Counted from the stretch's first letter, positions 40,087 to 53,540 are shown. The stretch is DNA of 64,000 bases from Octopus sinensis (GCF_006345805.1 NC_042998.1:7998001-8062000); one strand, 5' to 3'. Notes: generated by a model not told the origin, from the letters alone. Made by a program: numbers and translations.

Positions 40087-40320
40087 AGAGGCGTCGAGCT
40101 GGCGGAAATGTTAGCATGCCAGGCGAAATGCGTAGCCGTATTTCGTCTACCATTACGTTCTGAGTTCAATTTCCGCCGAGGTCGACTTTGCCTTTCATCC
40201 TTTCGGGATCGATTAAATAAGTACCAGTTACGCACTGGGGTCGATATAATTGACTTAATCCGTTTGTCTGTCCTTGTTTGTCCTCTCTGTGTTTAGCTCC
40301 TTGTGGGTAGTAAAGAAATA
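40087..40320 (+). mobile_element. SINE family M, Tx1-type tail
   Basis: TSD GGTATCTTTAAAAC at 40073-40086 and 40321-40334. Confidence 0.9.
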
Positions 40321-41373
40321 GGTATCTTTAAAACCTTGAGACCCTTCCCTATTCAGTGAGAATTTGAAGGGCTTCAAATATGCCTGCCTATCCATTAAGT
40401 TCTTGATCTCCTACGTAAGTTTCCAGTATTCCCTCTTCTTGATAATTTCATAAAAAAAAAACATTTGAATGCAATTGAAATCAAAAAGGAATTTGACCAA
40501 CCATACATTTACGAAACTTCCTATCAATAGATTCCCGCCTATAGATTTCTTCTCTCATTCGTCTCTTAGACTATGGAGCCAAACCACATCATCAATATGC
40601 ATCAAGTCTTTCTTTATTCATTTATTTTTTTATACGTTTCAGCCCTAAGGTTGTGGCCATGCTGGAACACACACTTTCTGGTAACTCTGTTGAATCTAAC
40701 GTTCATTCCCACTATATCACTCACTCTATAAATGAGATACTTCTTTCCACTTCCCTGTATTCTAGTTCGTTCATATGTCGTCTGCTCGCAACCAAGGCAC
40801 CTCTCGTCAAACTTGCACTGCATTCATGAAAGCAGCCATTTTAAACGTTCCCCAGTGGGAATTAGTAACAGTATTCTTTGTAGCCCCACAGTAACATTAT
40901 CATGTAATACATATATCCATGTTACAATTTTAGCCCTCCTATCCTCTACATTTAATTGAACTCTTTGAGTTACTGCCAACACTGGATTACATAATCACTA
41001 ATATTTCTAACATTTAAAAATTAGCAATGACTATCTTTCTTCTTCAGAACGAGAAAAATGGTCCAGCCTTGAAAAGGTAATCTTTCTCTTCCCATTCACA
41101 TGTTGGGGGCATTTCCACCATGTAACAAGTGAAACTGAAAATATGCCTTCTCGTAGCTAACAGTGCCTTTAAATGTAAATCTAAGTTTGTTAATTAATTC
41201 AGTGGAAAGAGAGAGAGAGATAGAGAGAGGAACAGATATATCGTCTCATTCACCTACACACACTTACTCAAAGACCCAGAGTCTTAAGTATGTATGCAAA
41301 CACATATGTATGACTGAAGATTTGATGGTGTACCATCAAATATCTCCAGCACTGAAAATAATTGTGTGTGTAT

Positions 41374-41413
<40 letters not shown>

Positions 41414-42107
41414 GCTCCATATACTTATCTTGTTATATGTGTGCGTGTATAAATATATATGTGTATTTCCGTGACGCCAACAGAAAAATATTAAAGTACA
41501 AAAATGAAAAATGTCTCTATAAGCTTCAGTTTAAATACATCTGTTGTGCTCTTAGAATTTGCACGAAAATATTCAACAGAAATATGTCTTCTTGTAATAT
41601 TTTTCTCAGATTTAAAGACAGATTATTAACATAAAATAATAAATAGCGGCATCCGCAATTATAATACCGGTGATAGCGAAGTTGATGATAGTGATGAGGA
41701 CAATGCAAAACAGAAAAAGAAACATCTACAAAATCACACGTTACATGAAAAAATATTTTATTCAAAGAATGATGTTAATAGGAAATAGATTAACCCTCCA
41801 ATTGTCTACAAAGAGCATTGTAAAGATTACATCGTCTGGAATTATGTAAGACGTCTCCTTGCTGCTGCTAATGGTTTTCTATGCATTCAAGTTGTTTCCT
41901 TCCGGTCCCTACAATATTAGTGCATTCTTCAACATCCCAACGATTAAAAGTTACAGATCATTGTTAAGTAAGGAAACTGCTGCATTTACATTTTGGCAAC
42001 ATATGTAGTGCAAATAGAACACATGTTGATACAGTTATTCGTCCGTCAAGGTCATTAGATTACATTATGACACGAAATACCATAATATTCATTATTAGAC
42101 CAACATA

Positions 42108-42520
42108 AAGGCGGTGAGCTGCCAGAATCGTTAGCACGCCGGGCGAAATGCTTAGCGGTATTTCGTCTGCCGCTATGTTCTGAGTTCAAATTCCGCCGAG
42201 GTCGACTTTGCCTTTCATCCTTTCGATGTCGATTAAATAAGTACCAGTTACGCACTGGGGTCGATATAATCGACTTAATCCGTTTGTCTGTCCTTGTTTG
42301 TCCGTCCTTGTTTGTCTCCTCTGTGTTTAGCCCCTTGTGGGTAGTAAAGAAATAGGTATTTCGTCTGCCGCTGCGTTCTGAGATCAAATTCCACTGAGGT
42401 CGACTTTGCTTTTCATCCTTTCCGGGTCGATAAATTAAGTACCAGTTGCGTAACGGGGGCCGATCTAATCGACTAACCCCTCCCCCCAAATTTCGGGCCT
42501 TGTGCTTAGAGTAGAAAAGA
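42108..42520 (+). mobile_element. SINE family M array: head + body/tail A + body/tail B
   Basis: junction AAAGAAATA|GGTATTTCGTCTGCC at 42355. Confidence 0.9.
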
Positions 42521-43457
42521 TTCTTTTATCAGTCATACAGAATAATCATAGTATTATTATTGGCTTTGCGTTCTGATTTCAAAATGCGCGGCAACCGATT
42601 TTGTCTTTCATTTTTTGAGGTCGATGAAATAAATACCACTTAATTACAGAGATCGATGTAATTAAGTAACACCCTTACTCCAAATGTATGTCCTTTTATT
42701 CGACTGTATCAGGTTGAATATATCGTTCTGGGTTCATATGGTGGTGCTTGTATGGATTCAAGAGGTTTCTATGCTTAATAAGGCGGTCAACTAGCAGAAT
42801 CGTTACCGCGTCGGACAAAATGCTTATCAGCATCTCTTCCAGGTTTACGTTTTGAGTTCAAATTCCACAGGAACTGGCTTTGCCTTTTCATCTTTTTCCG
42901 TCGATAAAATAAGTTCCAGTCAAGCATTGGACTTGATGCAATAAACTGCTCCTCCTCTTAAAATTACTGACCTTCTGCTAAAATAAGAAAGAATTATTAG
43001 TATAATAGTTCATTGGTACAACTATAACCGAATTAAGGCAGCGAGCTGGCAGAATCGTTAGCACACCGGCCAAAATATCCAGCGTCATTTTGTCCGTCTT
43101 TGCTTTCTGAGTTCAAATTCCGCTGAAGTCGATTTTTGCCTTCCAATCACTTCGGGGTCGATAAAATAAGTAACAGTTGAGTATTTTCCCACCTCCGAAA
43201 TTGCTGTCCCTGTGCCAAAATTTAAAACTTTGTATTGCACCTCACTCAGGCACATGACAAGAAATATGTAGGGAGGGTAGATCAAAACGACATCAGTCTT
43301 TAACGGATGTGTTTTCTTTCCTTTTTGTTTTTTCGATCTCGGAGGGCTGAAGTAAGAAACTGACCTCCGCGAGATCCGGATTCGGAATTAAAAAGAAAAA
43401 CGAAGATATCACTACGTATTTTGTTCGGCACTCTGACAAATTTGTTCAACAAATACC

Positions 43458-44006
43458 TATTTCTTTATTACCCACAAGGGGCTAAACACAGAGGGGACAA
43501 ACAAGGACAGACACAGGTATTAAGTCGATTACATCGACCCCAGTGCGTAACTGGTACTTAATTTATCGACCCCGAAAGGATGAAAGGCAAAGTCGACCTC
43601 GGCGGAATTTAAACTCACAACGTAACGCAGACGAAATACCTATTTCTTTATTACCCACAAGGGGCTAAACACAGAGAGGACAAACAAGGACAGACATAGG
43701 TATTAAGTCGATTACATCGACCCTAGTGCGTAACTGGTACTTAATTTATCGACCCCGAAAGGATGAAAGGCAAAGTCGACCTCGGCAGAATTTAAACTCA
43801 CAACGTAACGCAGACGAAATACCTATTTCTTTATTACCCACAAGGGGCTAAACACAGAGAGGACAAACAAGGACAGACATAGGTATTAAGTCGATTACAT
43901 CGACCCTAGTGCGTAACTGGTACTTAATTTATCGACCCCGAAAGGATGAAAGGCAAAGTCGACCTCGGCAGAATTTGAACTCACAACGTAACGCAGACGA
44001 AATACC
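43458..44006 (-). repeat. three exact-length 183-bp headless SINE M bodies in tandem
   Basis: units 43458-43640, 43641-43823 and 43824-44006, each beginning GGTATTTCGTCTGCG on the minus strand. Confidence 0.95.
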
Positions 44007-44255
44007 AATTTCTTTATTGCCCACCGGGGGCCAAACATAGATATGGACAGTACAACTGATGGGATCAGTGAATCGATATGATTTTACATAAATGTGACAT
44101 CAAAAATAAAATACAATACATAAAAATCGAATGGAATACACAGTACAAAAACAATACAAATGAAGCGATGATCAAGTTACGCTCCGATCCCACAAGCCCC
44201 GATCTACCGCTGATACCTTTTTATTTTTCCTTTTTTCTTTTTTTTCCTCGTCTAT

Positions 44256-47200
44256 TCACACGGTTCCTTGCACGCCCAACACTCGTGCAACATACTTCCA
44301 TCTCTTTTGGAACGTACACTCTGACAGACACCTCTTCTCCAGCCACAGTTTCCTTTTCAAATGAAAAGAAAAAAAGATCGTAAATTGTCACCAGAGATAA
44401 AGTTGCCTGTCTTAATTCCTTTTATCCTAGTATTCCATACAGCCTCTTTTGCTATTGCTACAACCGTGAGAAAACAATTCTTACCTTCGTTCGTTAGAAC
44501 TCCCGGTGGGTCAATTTTTATAATTGACTCAGTCGACAGCAGTACTCTTCCTTCGCCGGACAACAGATGTTCAGCATAAGCCCACATTTCAGTTATCTCC
44601 GGACACTGAACAATAGCGTGAGGGACGGTTTCCCTGTCCCCACCGCATCTTGGACAGGTCGGCGACTGACGTTTACCATGTCTTGCGAGCTTATCCCAAA
44701 CGGGCAAGGCACCTCTGTAGCATTGCCAGGTTAAGGACTTTTGGAAGTTGTCCAACGTTCTCAACCCGAATGTACGATGAAACAAGCTGTCCAGTTGAAT
44801 AAATCCGAGACCTAGAGTCGACCCCAGGTCATCGTCGCATTCAGACTCTACCAACCCACTATATAAAATCCGTGTGGAACCCCCACCGCTGGCGTTGCCC
44901 GAGCGCCGGAACAGCAAGAGGGCCTTACGGCACTCTTTATGCCACTCACTCGACCTCGGTCTACGAGAACACCAGGCTTCCTGTTCGCAAAAACTCTTGA
45001 ACTCAAGGAACATTTGTCTGGCCAGCGGAGACCACACCCGTTCACTATCCAGGAGAATCCAGAGGTGCCTCAACCTCAACGCATGTCTGCGCATCATTAA
45101 CCAAGGCATCCCTAAACCTCCATTTAAAGGCTTTTGACAGCAGACAGAGCGTTTCACAAGTGGCGACCTGCCCTTCCACAAAAAGCGAAAGAGCTGTCTC
45201 TCCAACCTGATCAACCACGGATCCGGACAGGGCACGACAGTCAGGCGGTAGGTAATGACCGATGCGATAAACACATTGGCCACTTCCGCCCTCCCTTTCA
45301 GGGATAGCCACCGCCAAGACCAAGTCTTGACTACTGCAGCCACCCTGCTCAATACCTCCGTCCAGTTCTTCTCTATCTGGAGGCCTGGTCCAAACCAGAC
45401 TCCCAGCAACTTAACCGGTCCCTCCGTCCAGCGCCTAACAACACTGTCTGAAGGCATCGACTTGCCAACCCAGGTGCCGAGCTGCAAGCCGACCGACTTT
45501 TCCCGGTTAATCTTTGCTCCTGCTACCTCCTCGTAAGCCTCAATAGTCTTACCTACATCACGTAGGCGTACCACTGTGGTTACACTGATAGTGATATCAT
45601 CCGCGAAAGCCGTAACAAACTCCTCTAGTCCTGGTTCTCTCGGGATGCCACTCAACCTTTGCAGTAATGGCTCGAGAGCCATCACATACAAAAGTGGTGA
45701 AAGCGGACATCCTTGACGAACCGAGCGTCTGATGCAGAACGGCTTCGAAAGGAAACCGTTCACCCGAACTATCGAGTCAATGTTGTGGTACAAAGCGATA
45801 AACCACCTGAGGAAGCCAAGGCCCAGGCCAAACCGCGCAAGTACAGTCGCTAGGTATCGATGGTCAACCCTATCAAAAGCTTTAGACTGGTCCAAATGCA
45901 CCAATGCCCCACCTTTGCCAGATTTATTACCAAACCTCTCTATGGTATAGCGAATAAGATGGAGGGTATCCTGAATGGTTCTGCCTGGGATGGCACATGT
46001 CTGTGCCTCCCCGACTATACCATTCGCGACACGCGCCAACCTTTTTGCTAGAACCTTGGCCAAAATCTTCACTTCTGCGTTTAACAGAGTGATGGGCCTG
46101 AAATTCTCTAGAACGTCCCCCTTGTCCGGGTCCTTTCTGACCAACGTCACTACTCCCCGGCGCACAGATCTGGGGATAAACCCATTCTGTTTCCAGTTCG
46201 CGTACACGTCAGTCAGTAGTTGCCCGAACAAGTCTGGCATACATTTATACAGCTCGTACGGAAGACCATCAAGTCCGGTGACTTACCCGCTTTACAATCG
46301 GCCAAAGCCTCCATCACCTCCTCAAGTGTGATTGGCCCTTCGCAAGACTCCGCATCCGACCCCGAGAGGCACGGCAGCCCGGTAAGAAAGTCCTCGAGGG
46401 CTCTCCCACCACCAGGACCGCCGTCACCCCCGAACAGCTGGGCGAAGTACTCCCGAAAGACCTCACACATTTTCTCGGGTTCGTTTATCAAGACACCATT
46501 TTGATTCGTCAAAGACCGAATAGAGGAACTATTTCCTTGCCGAGCTTCCACCACTCGGGCCCATCCAGCGGCTTTGATTCCTTCACTTCCCATTGCACGT
46601 AACTTAGCTCTGGTAATACTTCCCATGTGGTGGGCTTCAAGATGCTGGTTTAACTCCAGTCTTTTCACCCTCGCTTGGTCTGTATTACCAGTCCTCCAGG
46701 CTTCTTCTAGTTCCTTAACTAGACCATCTCCTATTTTACGTCCCTTCTTAGCTAAACTTATGCTAAACCTAATAGACTCATATTTGATGGCTCTTTTTAG
46801 GGCGTACCACCATTTGTTATTAATGATGGTACCTGTTAATGCCCTCTGTATTAACATCTTGATCCGCTTTCTGTACTCCTCAATCGCCAAAAGGGACGTA
46901 TTGAGTTTCCAGTAGCCAGATCCCTGTCTATGCAACTTATCTACCGTCAGTTTACAGGTAACCATCTTGTGGTCACTGTAGCTGACTAGAAAAAACTGTG
47001 GACACTCAACTATGGACTTATCTTTTTCTCTAATTAAAATCCTATCTAGATATGTTCTGGTAGACCCGTCACTATTTGACCACGTCCACTGTGGAGTGTT
47101 CGGGTGCTCCAACCTATATGGATCTGCTAGCTGAAATTGACTTAGCAGATCCCGAAAGCCTGTGTTACATTTTCTGTTCATGTTCGAGTTTGAGCCAACA

Positions 47201-47659
47201 CAATCTGTGTGTGCTGCACATATTGTATTAGAGTCTCCTAACACTACTAGTGAATGCGACGTGGCTAGGAACTTTCCTAGGCCACGAAAATATTCAGTTT
47301 GCGGGCCAATAATGTTTGGTGCATAAATAGCGACCAGCCTGATTGTCTTGCCACAACTGAATGTCAAGTCGAGAACGACCAGCCTGCCTTCTGGGTCAGA
47401 AAAAACCAACTTTTTCTCGGCTACCCGGTTTCTTTTTAGTAGGACCAACACCCCACCCCCACCTCCCGCCCGACTCGGAGAAACGTATTTCTCGTAGCCG
47501 TTCAGGAGGGGGAGCAGATCTCTTGGCCCCTTCACCCGGGTTTCTTGCTGCAACAATTACATCCAAATTTCTCGACCTGATGTCATTCAGAAAGCGTCCT
47601 TGCTTCCAGCTTGGCAACAGGCCATGAACATTTAAACAACCAATGTGAATAGCCATCAC
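44256..47659 (-). pseudogene. ORF2: APE endonuclease-reverse transcriptase with about three frameshifts
   Basis: CLNVHGL, QET, IYAPN, GDSN, YLDRIL, SDH; RPITLLN, KAFDRV, VRQGCPLSP, FADD, CPRC...ETVPHAIVQC; frame breaks near 47550, 46275 and 44370. Confidence 0.9.
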
Positions 47660-47667
47660 TTACCTGT

Positions 47668-49336
47668 CTAATTAGGATTGTCCGGTGGAGGGGGACCCTC
47701 CACCTTTTTTTTATCCAGGGTCGGAGGTGGGCGGTCTTGGGAAATAGATTTGTCAAAATCCCGTCTCACCACCGACACAGAATTATCAGGTGGAGGGGGA
47801 ATCTCCACCTTTTCCTTTTCTCGCGGGATCGGAGCTGGTAATCCATGAAATATCGACTTGTTAAAATCTAATCTCAATGAAGATACAGTCTTTCTGTACT
47901 TATTTTGTAGAATTCTATAAGTCTTATTTGAGACTTCATATATGTCGTAATTGATAAATTCCTCTGAAAGGTTATCAATTTTTTTTACAGTCTTTATGAG
48001 TTGAATGTCTCTCATGAGCTCAGTATCTTTAGTGTATACGGCTATTATGCCTTTTTCTTCTTTTTCTCTTCTGGCAGTCTTTTTTGGTCGTTGTTCTGTA
48101 GTAGTCGCCGCTCTCGGCTGGGTTGCTGGTTGTATTTTTCTTTTGTTTGTTGTTTTTTTCTCATCTGTTTCTTCTTTATCTTCTTCCTCTTTGTCTTTTT
48201 TCTCCTCTTCCTCCTCTTCTTCATTTTCCTTGCAGTTCCTTCGAATGTGGCCTAATTGACCACATAAAAAACATCGAGGTTTTCGGCCCTCAACAAACAC
48301 CACGAGGTTCTCCTCCCCTATCTCAATTGTCTCAGGAATTGTTTGAATTATTTTAGGGTCCGCTTGAATGAGAAGATTAATTGTTTTACCATCCCAGCGT
48401 GGGTTTTCCGTAGCGGTAGCCTGGAGGAGAGTAATTTTTCTACCTCTTTGATTAGGACTGCCGCCAACAACCACATAGGTTCGACCTCTGGCGGGACCCT
48501 TGTAATTTTTATTCGCGACGTCCTCATCCCCATATAATAGGGTATTAACTCCACGTCGTTCGTTTTCAACGTTTCCACTGAGTTCTTGTGTGCTATTTCT
48601 TTATTGGTGAACCTTACTTCCACCGTTCCGAATTTTTTTCCTCTTCTCAGAAATACTACGTCGCCCAATATTGGCTTTAAGCACTTTTCTATTTTCTCTT
48701 CTGACATTCTTTCAATTTTTCTATTTTGTAGACAATATGTTTTGAAAATTATTGTTTTTTGCTTTTCTTCCTGTAATAACTTTTTGTTTTATTATTACCC
48801 ACTAGGGGCTACATAGATGGGACAATACAATCGGGAATGAATAATGAATTATGAAGTTTGTACAATGTGGTGTAATGTCCACTTCCTGTAATAACTTTTG
48901 CGGAGGTTCAATTTTCACACTGTTGTCATTTATTTCCATCATTTTGCTGTATTTCATAATTTCGCTTTTATTCGTCGACAGTATCTGGGTTCCACCCCCA
49001 GCAGCCAACGCAAAACTTTTTTTTCCATTTTTTGGTTCTATCTGGATGCTAGGCACATCAATTATTCTCTTCGACACAATGCCTTTGTTCTCTGGCAAAG
49101 TCGGAAATCTTCTGGTGAAAGTTCTGACGAGCTCTCAGACACATCTCCAAAAATATCAAATATATTATCCTCTCTGCTATTCCTTCTTGTAGCGGGGGAA
49201 CCCCTATTTCCTTGTCTGTAGTTGGCTCCTCGCCGGACATGTATTTCCTCCTCTCAACAGGAGAAACAAGTATTTCTGCTCCAACGGTAGGCTCCATGCT
49301 AGACGACATTCTTCCCCCCAGAGGGGGAATGAACAA
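47668..49336 (-). pseudogene. ORF1 with CCHC zinc knuckle, disrupted by frameshifts and a 97-bp insertion
   Basis: four adjacent ORF fragments; RRGKKFGTVEVRF, RIKITRVPPEV, CFLCGQLGHIRRNC. Confidence 0.85.
48785..48881 (-). mobile_element. 97-bp 3' end of a sister Tx1-type element inside ORF1
   Basis: tail TGTCCCATCTATGTAGCCCCTAGTGGGTAATAATAAAAC; TSD CTTCCTGTAATAACTTTT at 48767-48784 and 48882-48899. Confidence 0.85.
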
Positions 49337-49877
49337 CGCGTGCTACCACAAGCACTAAGTGTTTTCAATTGAAAACTCCAACAGTTAAGTTATTCAACAG
49401 TTTAACAAGAAACAACAGTTGTTAACAATATTAACACCACGAAACAGCAATTCTTACTTCACGAACACATGTGCGGCAGACGAAATACCGTTAAGCATTT
49501 CACCCGGCGTGCCAACGTTTCTGCCAGCTCGCCGCCTTCGACAAATACCTTATAATAATTCTTAATTTAGGCAGAAGGTCAACGAATGGTTTGATAAGCT
49601 TAGTCAATCAAGTCGACTATTTCGATGGAACTCTACCGTATCGACTCCGGAGAAACGAAAAGCATTAATGACCTGGTCTGGATTTAAACTCATTGAGGAG
49701 GTCTAACATGAACAAAACATGTCTAACGCTTTCACCGCTAGGCTTATAAGAGGGGTAGCAATTCTTACTGTATTATAAAAGTTCTTCCCAACTTCAGGTT
49801 TAATATTGTAAGTTATCTCCTTTAGTTACCCTTTTTAGATTTGGACACGCACATGTGCACATAGTAATAGGAGCAAA

Positions 49878-49912
49878 CATATATATATATGCATATATGA
49901 ATTATATATACA

Positions 49913-49956
<44 letters not shown>

Positions 49957-50062
49957 GACATATATATATACATATAGACATATATACACACACATATATA
50001 TATATATATTCATATATTCATATATATATATATATATATATTCATATATATATATATATATA

Positions 50063-50096
<34 letters not shown>

Positions 50097-50312
50097 TATA
50101 TATATATATATATATATATGAATATATATTATATATATATATATATATATATTCATATATATATATATATATATTCATATATATATATATATATTCATAT
50201 ATATATATATATATTCATATATATATATATTCATATACATACATATATATATATACATATAGACATATATACACACACATATATATATATACATACATAT
50301 ACTTACACACAC

Positions 50313-50367
<55 letters not shown>

Positions 50368-50372
50368 CATAT
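49878..50372. repeat. compound (TA)n microsatellite
   Basis: seen directly. Confidence 0.95.
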
Positions 50373-50845
50373 GATTGAACTATAGCACGCTGAATAGTGG
50401 GTCTGAGTTCATATGGCGCCGCGTATATGGATTGAAGAGGCATCTTTATGCAGTTAATGTTACTAATCGTCTTTTAATTGATGCAGCAGATTAAAAATCG
50501 CCATGCAATTACCTTTAAAATATCTGACATTACTCTCGTATAATTTCAGCTTCTGGCTCTACTACAGAATATATATACGATTCTGTCGCCTGTTATCTAC
50601 TTTCTTCTAAAGCAAATGATAGCAAAGATATCTGAGACCGCAATAGTCTGTGCCATGACTTCCAACTGTAAATGGTTTTAATATATAAAGGAGACCTAGA
50701 CTTTACGTTACATATTTATTTGTTCCTGTTAAACGTTACCCATACACAGATGACATGAAAATGTGTATATATAAGAGTTTATATTCGTATACTTCCAAAA
50801 TGTATGTTTAAATTGTTTATGTAAATATATGCTTATGTGTGTGTT

Positions 50846-50888
<43 letters not shown>

Positions 50889-50911
50889 ATATATGACTAT
50901 GTACATGTAGG

Positions 50912-50949
<38 letters not shown>

Positions 50950-50979
50950 CACACACATATATATATTTACATATATATG

Positions 50980-52750
50980 TAAATAAATCCTCTTTAGAAC
51001 GAACAAGGAAAGATCTACACAAATTCTTCTTTAGCCTCAACATATCTATTACTTTTGAAAATTCCCACAAAACCACTAATTTTTTTAGATGTAAGTTTGA
51101 ACTTAGAAACCTCTCAATACACCCCATATCACAAACCTACCAAGTACCTTAAGTACTTGAACATTAATTCCAATCACCACAAATCCACCTTTGATGCTAT
51201 AGTTAAAGGTATCTCAATTCGTATATCTGACCTTTCATCCACTGAGGATATATTTGATAACCACACACCATATTACAACCAAGCGCTCGCTGCCAGCGGC
51301 TTCTCCCAATAAATAAGATACATCCCTAATACTAGGCTCAAGCAACATATATCTCAAATCATGTCAACGGCATGCCAACCATCCGAATCACAACAGACCA
51401 CCCATACACTATACTAGAACCCCAGGAGAACTCAGATTAAGACAACTTAGACCCCCACACGCACACATATAACACTAGGTCAAAAGCTAAAACAGCTAAA
51501 AATAACGGCCATATTATCCCCCTCTAACTTCGAAAAATATAGAAAACACTACCTTTAAGCAACCAAAGAAGTGATGGACGCTCTATTCTATGCACTTCGC
51601 TTCTCATTAAACGTTAAGAACTTAGCTAAATCCTTATTAAATATGCTGCACTTCAACTTGCCTCGTCGACATAAACATTATTCTTTCTTAAAGCTATCCT
51701 ACTCCTCCCTGCCCAACTTTGAGTCTATCATATCAGCTTCTAATAAACGAAAACTTATTATCAAACTTACAGTGTAATAACTCTGAAGACACGAACGCCC
51801 AGCATATATATAGCTCCAATATCGAACCCTATATTTTAGAACACACTACCATTTCCCACTAACACTAACCAGAATACTACTACTACAACTTCCACCACTA
51901 TTACAGGTAGGATGTATAACAACAACGATAGAAATAGCAATGAAAATAGTACTAATAATAACATAGACCATTCTACCCCTATCTCTAACCGCTCCTCTGA
52001 CAGTATTACTCCCTTCATTCCTAAGAATAATCCCCAAAATCCACTACCCTGTAACTGCCGTCTTGGGATCATCTGCCCTCTACAAACTCATTGCAGAAGG
52101 TCTAATGTAATATATAAGTGCACCGTCCTCAACACGTTACACAATTCTACAACTATATATATATAGGATCAACTATGATTTTTAAACAACGATACGCTGT
52201 GCATTTCAATTCTTTTAGATACAAGAAACAGTAAATCCACACAACACTCACCAGTTACATACATCATCTCAAAAATAGAAATATTCCCTACATCTAGCTG
52301 TGGTCATTAATAGATTCAGGGCTTCCATACAAAGGTTAACGCTCAGCCTGTAAGCTATATCTAAAAAGAGGCATTCCACACATTAAAACAAAATCCCCTT
52401 AATGCCATTCTAAAATATCACCCGACCTTACACACCTCACACATATTCATTACTTACATTCTTATCTCTTCCTACCTACACCTACTCCTCTCCCATCCCC
52501 CTCATAATATCTTGACCACTAACTCTCTCTTTTTCTCTTTTACTCTTTTACTTGTTTCAGTCATTTGACTGCGGCCATGCTGGAGCACCGCCTTTAGTCG
52601 GGCAAATCGACCCCGGGACTTATTGTTTGTAAGCCCAGTACTTATTCTATTGGTCTCTTTTTGCCGAACCGCTAAGTGACGGGGACGTAAACACACCAGC
52701 ATCGGTCGTCAAGCAATGCTAGGGGGACAAACACAGACACACAAACACAT

Positions 52751-52799
<49 letters not shown>

Positions 52800-53540
52800 T
52801 ACGACAGGCTTCTTTCAGTTTCCGTCTACCAAATCCAGTCACAAGGCATTGGTCGGCCCGTGGCTATAGCAGAAGACGCTTGCCCAAGATTCCACGCAGT
52901 GGGACTGAACCCGGAACCATGTGGTTGGTTAACAAGCTACTTACCACACAGCCACTCCTACACATTTTTTACTTCCTTACACTTTTTTTCATTTTCTCTT
53001 CGTTTTCATTTTCTCCTCTTTCTTTCTACTTTTCTCACCTTTTCCTTTGACCTCGCTTTTCCATCTAACATGTCTTCTTCCCTCTCTATCCACTTAATAC
53101 TACCACTGCATTCTCAAATTTTCATTCACACCACAAGACGCCTTTAAATGAACAATACATAGTATTCACATTTCCACACTTTTGTGATGACAAAATAAAA
53201 ACTCTGATTGGAATTTACATATCACAGACCGGAAGCATTTCTACCACTTCTACACATCACTTTCCTTGGATAATGGAGCCGCAACTGTAACATCTTTATA
53301 TATTTTTATTTTCATTTCTACATTCACTCTCCTATTTCCCTATGTACTCCTTATTTGCTTGTTTTTCGAAAATAACTCCTTATATTCAACTTTAATATTT
53401 ACCTCTCTTCAACCATCTCATGGCGTCTCTAGTGAAGGGATAGTCCTAATATCCCAGAAACAGCTGTAAGACTAACTTTCTCTTTATAAATGTCCTGAAA
53501 ATTCCACACAGCCTTGGTTTTGTTGTCTCATTTTATTTAA
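50980..53540 (+). mobile_element. decayed 5'-truncated Penelope-like element (RT thumb + C-terminal GIY-YIG, Hydra-clade-like), with a SINE A at 52535-52960
   Basis: FLDVSLNL...PYHKP...SNHH...RISDLSS...YNQALAASGF; KLSYSSLPN; CNCRLGIICPLQTHCRRSNVIYKC...IYI-G. Confidence 0.85.
53425..53472 (+). ncRNA. degenerate type I hammerhead in the Penelope 3' terminus
   Basis: GTCT-CTAGTGA-A-GGGATA-loop-TATCCC-A-GAAA-CAGCTG-TA-AGAC; first box mutated from CTGATGA. Confidence 0.6.

Larger units (their letters stand above)
44007..49473 (-). mobile_element. apparently full-length Tx1/L1-clade non-LTR retrotransposon inserted in a SINE M
   Basis: ORF1 + APE + RT + C-terminal zinc motif; TSD GGTATTTCGTCTGC (plus strand 43993-44006 and 49476-49489); SINE head continues at 49476-49538. 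Confidence 0.92.

Noticed and set aside
43458-44006. CRISPR-like array or satellite
   Set aside because: Units are SINE bodies without unique spacers; eukaryotic context.
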